Source: an uncultured virus (IMG/VR IMGVR_UViG_3300022876_000185)
Taxonomy: Duplodnaviria; Heunggongvirae; Uroviricota; Caudoviricetes
DNA length: 20,000 nucleotides
IMG/VR virus record: IMGVR_UViG_3300022876_000185
Strand: one strand, 5' to 3'
Below the pieces are notes generated by a model. It saw nothing but the letters and a program-made list of their open reading frames with translations, was not told the origin of the DNA and searched no databases. Of this stretch, positions 15,809 to 20,000 are shown piece by piece. Made by a program: the position numbers and the translations under genes. Each line of letters opens with the position of its first letter. Within the stretch, counting starts at the first letter, position 1.

Positions 15809-16141
15809 CTACCCTTTAAAAATGCTGTAGAAATTATCTTCTAGAAACTGTGACATTTTAGAAGCTAAGAAACTCCACTTTTCACCTTTAGCTTTTGGAT
15901 AATAAACAAATCCACCTTGCAAAACATCTAATTGTTTTTTGAATTTTTGTGGATACAGAATATTGTCTTTTATCCACACTTGTTTTTTGCCTATGCGATT
16001 TTCTAGATCACTCATTGTCCAATAGACACCTTGTAATGAATTGGTTTGTAATTCTTCGTATTCAACTCGGTTGATAAGCACATAATTATCAGGCACAGGA
16101 ATAGTTAAATTAACTTGAAGTTGTTGCATTTCATTCACCAA
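15809..16141 (-). CDS. DUF771 family protein (putative excisionase-like DNA-binding protein)
   Basis: YWTMSDLE...WIKDNILYP.KFKKQLD...GGFVYYP...W.FLASKM signature. Confidence 0.85.
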   Translation of the reverse strand: MVNEMQQLQVNLTIPVPDNYVLINRVEYEELQTNSLQGVYWTMSDLENRIGKKQVWIKDNILYPQKFKKQLDVLQGGFVYYPKAKGEKWSFLASKMSQFLEDNFYSIFKG

Positions 16142-16143
16142 CC

Positions 16144-16326
16144 TTAAATATCTAAAATTTTTCGAATATGCTTAATGTGTTCCTGAGCTTTCGGACCTGA
16201 CTTATTACCACGAATGATGTCTGATAGATAAGCAGTTGAAATTCCAACCATTGCAGCAAGCTCTTTTTGACTCATCTTTTTTTTGAATAATTCACTTCTT
16301 ACTTGAGCCCCTAAATCTTCCGACAT
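16144..16326 (-). CDS. Cro-like XRE HTH regulator
   Basis: MSQKELAAMVGISTAYLSDIIRG; 60 aa; RBS AGGAGG. Confidence 0.88.
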   Translation of the reverse strand: MSEDLGAQVRSELFKKKMSQKELAAMVGISTAYLSDIIRGNKSGPKAQEHIKHIRKILDI

Positions 16327-16353
16327 GCTATAGCCTCCTTTCTATTGGACAGT

Positions 16354-17052
16354 TCAACTAAAAACCATTTGGCTATTACAACTGTCAATTTCAATCTGTA
16401 GTGATGTGGAAGGCCTCCATAAGCTAATGAATCTTAATGCTTCCTCATACTTTACTTTTGGTATATCTCCGTACCTCGGAACTTTAAAATATTGCTTGAA
16501 CTCATTCCAGAATGCGGAGAACACTTTTTTACTAATTTCCTGATAAGCGTTTGAATCCTTCCCACCAAGAGCATGAACAATTGAATGTTTAGCAGCTTGC
16601 TGGATTTCTTGTTGTTGTAGGCCATCTATTCGCATGCTCTCTTTTAGGTAGTCCACATCTGTTTTGATTTCCTTGATAGCCTGTTCATGTTCAAGTGCTG
16701 CTTTTAAGGCAAGCTCTAAACTGTTGTATTGAGGTAATTGCTGTTTGTAGCGTTTTTCTACCTCAATGAAGTATTGTCGAGCCTGTTTACCTTTTTCATT
16801 ACGTTGAATCATGGAAATTTCTTTGGCCATGTCAATTTTTAAAGCATGGTCTTGCGTAGGTCTGCCTCCTTGAGGTTTTTCACTTTTTTGTGATAAACCT
16901 ATAAAATCAATGTTCTCAACAAACCCATACTCAATCATTCGTTCGAACCATTGTGTGTATGGTGTTTTCACTTCTAAAAACTCATGAAGTTCACGGCCAC
17001 TTACAATGATTTCGCCTTGCTCATTAGTTGTTGTTGTAATTAATTGATTCAA
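16354..17052 (-). CDS. Antirepressor (AntA/AntB N-terminal + ORF6C C-terminal domain)
   Basis: VSGRELHEFLEV...WFERMIEYGF...DMAKEISMIQRNEKGKQARQYFI; C-terminal LGGKDSNAY...FKVPRYGDIPKVKYEEA..FI..WRP. Confidence 0.92.
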   Translation of the reverse strand: MNQLITTTTNEQGEIIVSGRELHEFLEVKTPYTQWFERMIEYGFVENIDFIGLSQKSEKPQGGRPTQDHALKIDMAKEISMIQRNEKGKQARQYFIEVEKRYKQQLPQYNSLELALKAALEHEQAIKEIKTDVDYLKESMRIDGLQQQEIQQAAKHSIVHALGGKDSNAYQEISKKVFSAFWNEFKQYFKVPRYGDIPKVKYEEALRFISLWRPSTSLQIEIDSCNSQMVFS

Positions 17053-17074
17053 ATTGTTTTCCTCCCTCCCTTTA

Positions 17075-17111
17075 CCTTTCTGTTACAATTTTGATAGAAA
17101 GGTAGGTGATT
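17075..17111 (+). repeat. Promoter/RBS module copy 2
   Basis: CCTTTCTG-T-TACAAT-TTTGA-TAGAAAGGTAGGTGATT; same spacing as copy 1. Confidence 0.75.
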
Positions 17112-17113
17112 CA

Positions 17114-17410
17114 GTGGATCTCTCTATTTACATAAAACTAGTTATTGCAAATAAATTTGGCAAAGTTAAAATCAAACCCAAATTTAAGCATCTTGATTAC
17201 ATGACTGATAATAATTTTGTTACCCCTATACTTGATGGAACTACAGAAATCGGTGGTTGGCCGATGCTGACACATAGTGATTGGTATACCATTACATCTG
17301 ATGGTAAAAAAGCTATGTGGGATAAAGGTAATTTGTTAGTTACAAGAATAATTGCATGGTTAGCATTGCTAATTAGTTTGACTGCATTATTGGTTAATTA
17401 CTTAAAGTGA
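17114..17410 (+). CDS. Hypothetical protein with C-terminal TM helix
   Basis: Start moved to GTG 17114 (RBS AGGTAGGTGA); 98 aa; YTITSDGKK (wing-like) and IIAWLALLISLTALLV. Confidence 0.75.
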   Translation: MDLSIYIKLVIANKFGKVKIKPKFKHLDYMTDNNFVTPILDGTTEIGGWPMLTHSDWYTITSDGKKAMWDKGNLLVTRIIAWLALLISLTALLVNYLK

Positions 17411-17618
17411 AAATTAGAGCTAATACAGATACAAATAACGCTAAAATTGATACTTTAAGGTCAACTTCTTTTATTCTTGATTCATCATTATTAGGTTTCC
17501 GACAATAGGAACAATAGTTATCACTTTTAAGTATTGATGAACCGCAACGCCTACAATTTACTCGATATACCTCACTCGTTGTTACAGCAACCTGTGAGGA
17601 TTTTTTATTGTCCTCCAC
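17394..17618 (-). CDS. Zn-ribbon protein with C-terminal TM helix; first ORF of the lytic operon
   Basis: CRRCG...YCSYC and VSILALFVSVLALIF; GTG 17618 with RBS GAGGTGA preferred over ATG 17639. Confidence 0.7.
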   Translation of the reverse strand: MEDNKKSSQVAVTTSEVYRVNCRRCGSSILKSDNYCSYCRKPNNDESRIKEVDLKVSILALFVSVLALIFTLSN

Positions 17619-17724
17619 ACTTCTCACCTCATCCTTCATTAAATATTCATACCGTCATTGGCTCGGTATCACAGCGCTTCGATTATTATATAAGCTAAAT
17701 TATTAGCTAATTTGACTATAGACA

Positions 17725-17753
17725 TTGACAATATTTAAAACTAGTTTTAATAT
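17725..17753 (+). promoter_or_regulatory. Lysogenic (repressor) promoter with operator O1 in the spacer
   Basis: TTGACA-17 nt-TAATAT; perfect palindrome TTAAAACTAGTTTTAA at 17735-17750. Confidence 0.75.
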
Positions 17754-17760
17754 AAAGACA

Positions 17761-17865
17761 TAGCTAAATAAGACTTTAAAAGCCTGTTAGATCACCATTT
17801 TTTACACGTTCCCCAACGATAAAATGATTTTTATTAGGTTGTCTTTTCTATTGTCTTTTTAGCTA
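17761..17865 (+). ncRNA. Long hairpin in the repressor mRNA leader
   Basis: UAGCUAAAUAAGAC/GUCUUUUUAGCUA, AGCCUG/UAGGUU, AGAUCA/UGAUUU (or CAUUUU/AAAAUG), apical CGUU-CCCC-AACG; G-U pairs favour the + strand. Confidence 0.55.
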
Positions 17866-17883
17866 ACAACTTAGCTTACCTAG

Positions 17884-17912
17884 AGTATATTAAAACTAAT
17901 TTTAAAAATCAA
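17884..17912 (-). promoter_or_regulatory. Lytic (early) promoter with operator O2 in the spacer
   Basis: Minus strand TTGATT-17 nt-TATACT; TTAAAACTAATTTTAA at 17890-17905. Confidence 0.75.
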
Positions 17913-17920
17913 GCATTAAT

Positions 17921-17936
17921 TTAAAACTAGTTTTAT
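17921..17936. promoter_or_regulatory. Operator O3
   Basis: TTAAAACTAGTTTTAT, third copy of the palindrome. Confidence 0.7.
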
Positions 17937-17969
17937 TTTTCAGGTTTTTAAATGGGAGGAAACATTGAT

Positions 17970-18392
17970 ATGACTGCGTTTGACATTCTAAAAAATCTTT
18001 GTGATGAACAGGGTATATCAGTAAATACACTTGAAGAAAAAATAGGACTTGGTAAAAACACGCTTTATTCATGGAAAAAAAATACTCCAAAAGGAAGTAA
18101 CCTAATTAGAGTAGCCGATTATTTCGATGTAAGCACTGACTACCTACTAGGACGAACAGATAAAAAACGTTACTATGACTTAACAGAAAAAGATGAACGT
18201 GATATAGAAAGAGATCTGGAGCGTATCCTTAACAGTGCGGAAAGTGAACTCGGTCTTGCTTCATTCGATGGACGAGTATTAGATGAGATGGATCAAGAGG
18301 ACAGGGAACTATACATTACCTCATTGAGAAATGCTTTAAGATTGCATAAGAGACTTGCAAAGAAAAAATTCACTCCTAAAAAGTATAGATAA
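17970..18392 (+). CDS. CI/ImmR-like XRE repressor
   Basis: Start ATG 17970 (RBS GGGAGG); HTH ending VADYFDVSTDYLLGR; C-terminal KKKFTPKKYR; paired with ImmA. Confidence 0.92.
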   Translation: MTAFDILKNLCDEQGISVNTLEEKIGLGKNTLYSWKKNTPKGSNLIRVADYFDVSTDYLLGRTDKKRYYDLTEKDERDIERDLERILNSAESELGLASFDGRVLDEMDQEDRELYITSLRNALRLHKRLAKKKFTPKKYR

Positions 18393-18411
18393 ATAGATAA
18401 GGCGTGATGTT

Positions 18412-18861
18412 ATGGATACAAATAAATTGATTAAACAATTAATAAAAAAGTACGGTACATCTAATCCTTTTAAAATTGCCAAGGCTATGGATATAACGAT
18501 TGTCTATGAAGATTTAGGGAGTTCATGGGGTTATTTCAGTAATCTATACCGAACTTTTATTATCCACATAAACAAGAATTTATCATATGAAAAACAAATG
18601 CTAACTTGTGCTCATGAACTAGGTCATGTTATTAAACATCCTGAGCACAATATGGCATTTTTAAAAGCAAACACATTTTTTTCAACAGATAAATATGAAA
18701 CGGAAGCCAATCTATTTGCTGTTGAATTACTATTTTCTGATAACAATAATTCTATTACTTATGAAGAAGCTGTGAATACATATGGAATACCTGAACAATT
18801 TCTAAAAAAATTTTTACCCAAAAAAGGAACATACATTCCTATCAAAGGTGGTGATAATTAA
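18412..18861 (+). CDS. ImmA/IrrE family metallo-endopeptidase
   Basis: CAHELGH (HEXXH) and ETEANLFAVELL; lies between repressor and integrase. Confidence 0.93.
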   Translation: MDTNKLIKQLIKKYGTSNPFKIAKAMDITIVYEDLGSSWGYFSNLYRTFIIHINKNLSYEKQMLTCAHELGHVIKHPEHNMAFLKANTFFSTDKYETEANLFAVELLFSDNNNSITYEEAVNTYGIPEQFLKKFLPKKGTYIPIKGGDN

Positions 18862-18905
18862 ATTTCATATAATAGGAGATTAAATTATTCAAAGGAGATC
18901 TGTAT

Positions 18906-20000
18906 ATGGCTAGTATCACAAAGCGCGGTAGTTCATGGCAATATATGATTAATCACTATGTAGATGGCAAAAGAAAACCCATTTCAAAAGGTGGTTTTGC
19001 TACAAAGAGAGAGGCACAAATAGCTGCTGCAGAAAAAGAACTGTTATTAAAAAAAGGTAATCAAGTAATCGTTAAAGATAAACCATTTGCAAGATATTTC
19101 GAAGAATGGATTGAACTATATAAATCCAACAAACACATTAATACGTATAACAGGTATTCAAATTCTGTTGAGCGGGTCAAGGAACATTTTAAAGACAAAC
19201 CAATTCAAAAAATTACTCGTGCTGATTACCAAATATTTTTAAATGCGTATGGGAAAGGTAAATCAAGAGAGACTGTTAGAAAGCTTAATACACATATAAG
19301 AGCCTGTGTAAGAGACGCAATCGAGGAAGGATATATAACAATAGACTTCACTCGTAAAGTGGAATTAAACGCTTCTAATAGTGCTAAAAAGAGTGAAGAT
19401 AAACATTTGAACTATAATGATAGCGTCAAATTATACAAGGAGTTATTTAATCGTTTATCGCCTTCTACAAGTACTTACCATTTAATTTTATTAGGACTTG
19501 TATCAGGATTACGATTTGGTGAACTGACAGGACTAACCACAGATTGTTTCGATTTTAAAACGAATCAAATAAAGGTTTATAGAGCGTGGGACTACAAAAG
19601 AGGAACTGGTTTTGGACAATTAAAAAATGAACAATCTGAAAGAAAAATCTCTATTGATAAGAAAGTTATGAATGAATTTAAGAAGCTAATTTTGGCGGTA
19701 CCTGAAAATGAAAACAATTTGGTTTTTTATAGACAATCGTCCATTAAAACAGTAACAAATGAAGGTGCAAATAAATTATTAAGAAAAACCCTAGATGCAT
19801 TAGAAATCGAACATATCTCCATTCATGGTTTACGACACACACATGCGAGTGTCTTAATTTATAAAGGGGCTAATATCCATTCTGTTTCTAAACGTTTAGG
19901 ACATTCAGATATTCAAACTACCCTTGATCACTATTCGCACGTATTAAAAGAAATGGAAGAACGAGATGAAGAAATAGCGATTAATGTTTATTCATCTTAA
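18906..20000 (+). CDS. int: Tyrosine integrase
   Basis: Arm-binding N-terminus (GFATKREAQ); catalytic GLRFGE, K, HGLRHTH, LGHS, DHYSH; complete, stop codon at 20000. Confidence 0.97.
   Translation: MASITKRGSSWQYMINHYVDGKRKPISKGGFATKREAQIAAAEKELLLKKGNQVIVKDKPFARYFEEWIELYKSNKHINTYNRYSNSVERVKEHFKDKPIQKITRADYQIFLNAYGKGKSRETVRKLNTHIRACVRDAIEEGYITIDFTRKVELNASNSAKKSEDKHLNYNDSVKLYKELFNRLSPSTSTYHLILLGLVSGLRFGELTGLTTDCFDFKTNQIKVYRAWDYKRGTGFGQLKNEQSERKISIDKKVMNEFKKLILAVPENENNLVFYRQSSIKTVTNEGANKLLRKTLDALEIEHISIHGLRHTHASVLIYKGANIHSVSKRLGHSDIQTTLDHYSHVLKEMEERDEEIAINVYSS

Larger units (their letters stand above)
1..20000. mobile_element. Temperate siphovirus-like prophage (integration, lysogeny, replication and packaging modules)
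   Basis: Canonical order int-immA-repressor // antirepressor-cro-replication-ArpU-HNH-terS-terL; att site expected just beyond position 20000. Confidence 0.97.

Noticed and set aside
17691..17936. Repeated AGCTAA / AAAACTAGTTTT motifs as a mini-CRISPR or invertible segment
   Set aside because: No regular repeat-spacer period, no cas genes and no invertase nearby; operators and RNA helices explain them better.
17902..18090. 62-aa minus-strand ORF
   Set aside because: Antisense to the repressor and runs over the operators.
1..20000. Arbitrium system, DGR/retron reverse transcriptase, tRNA, IS element, intron/intein or att core
   Set aside because: No AimR-like TPR protein or AimP peptide, no YxDD reverse transcriptase, no cloverleaf, no transposase, and genes have normal lengths. 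The att site would lie beyond the integrase stop, outside the window.

Overview
The window is the left/early half of a temperate siphovirus-type prophage from a low-GC Bacillales host. The host is inferred only from gene families and RBS style. Reading right to left: a tyrosine integrase, an ImmA-type metalloprotease and an ImmR/CI-type repressor on +, then a divergent lytic operon on -. The lytic operon holds an AntA/ORF6C antirepressor, a Cro-like HTH, DUF771, a DUF2829/Tad2-like protein, Gp157, an AAA recombination ATPase, a DUF669 SSB, a primase-polymerase/SF3 helicase with a downstream origin, an ERCC4 nuclease, DUF3310, a tandem MazG protein and an ArpU/RinA late activator. Next come AT-rich membrane-protein morons, an HNH nuclease, a probable cos region, terS and the 5' part of terL. 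The gene content is largely conventional. The unusual signal is in the non-coding DNA: (1) a compact H-type pseudoknot plus a hairpin and terminator just downstream of the putative late promoter; (2) face-to-face lysis/lysogeny promoters whose overlapping transcripts each fold into a long strand-specific helix; (3) two convergent two-gene cassettes in the early operon that share an identical promoter/RBS module; (4) a small antisense RNA unit. All functional interpretations are hypotheses from manual reading. No searches or folding programs were run.
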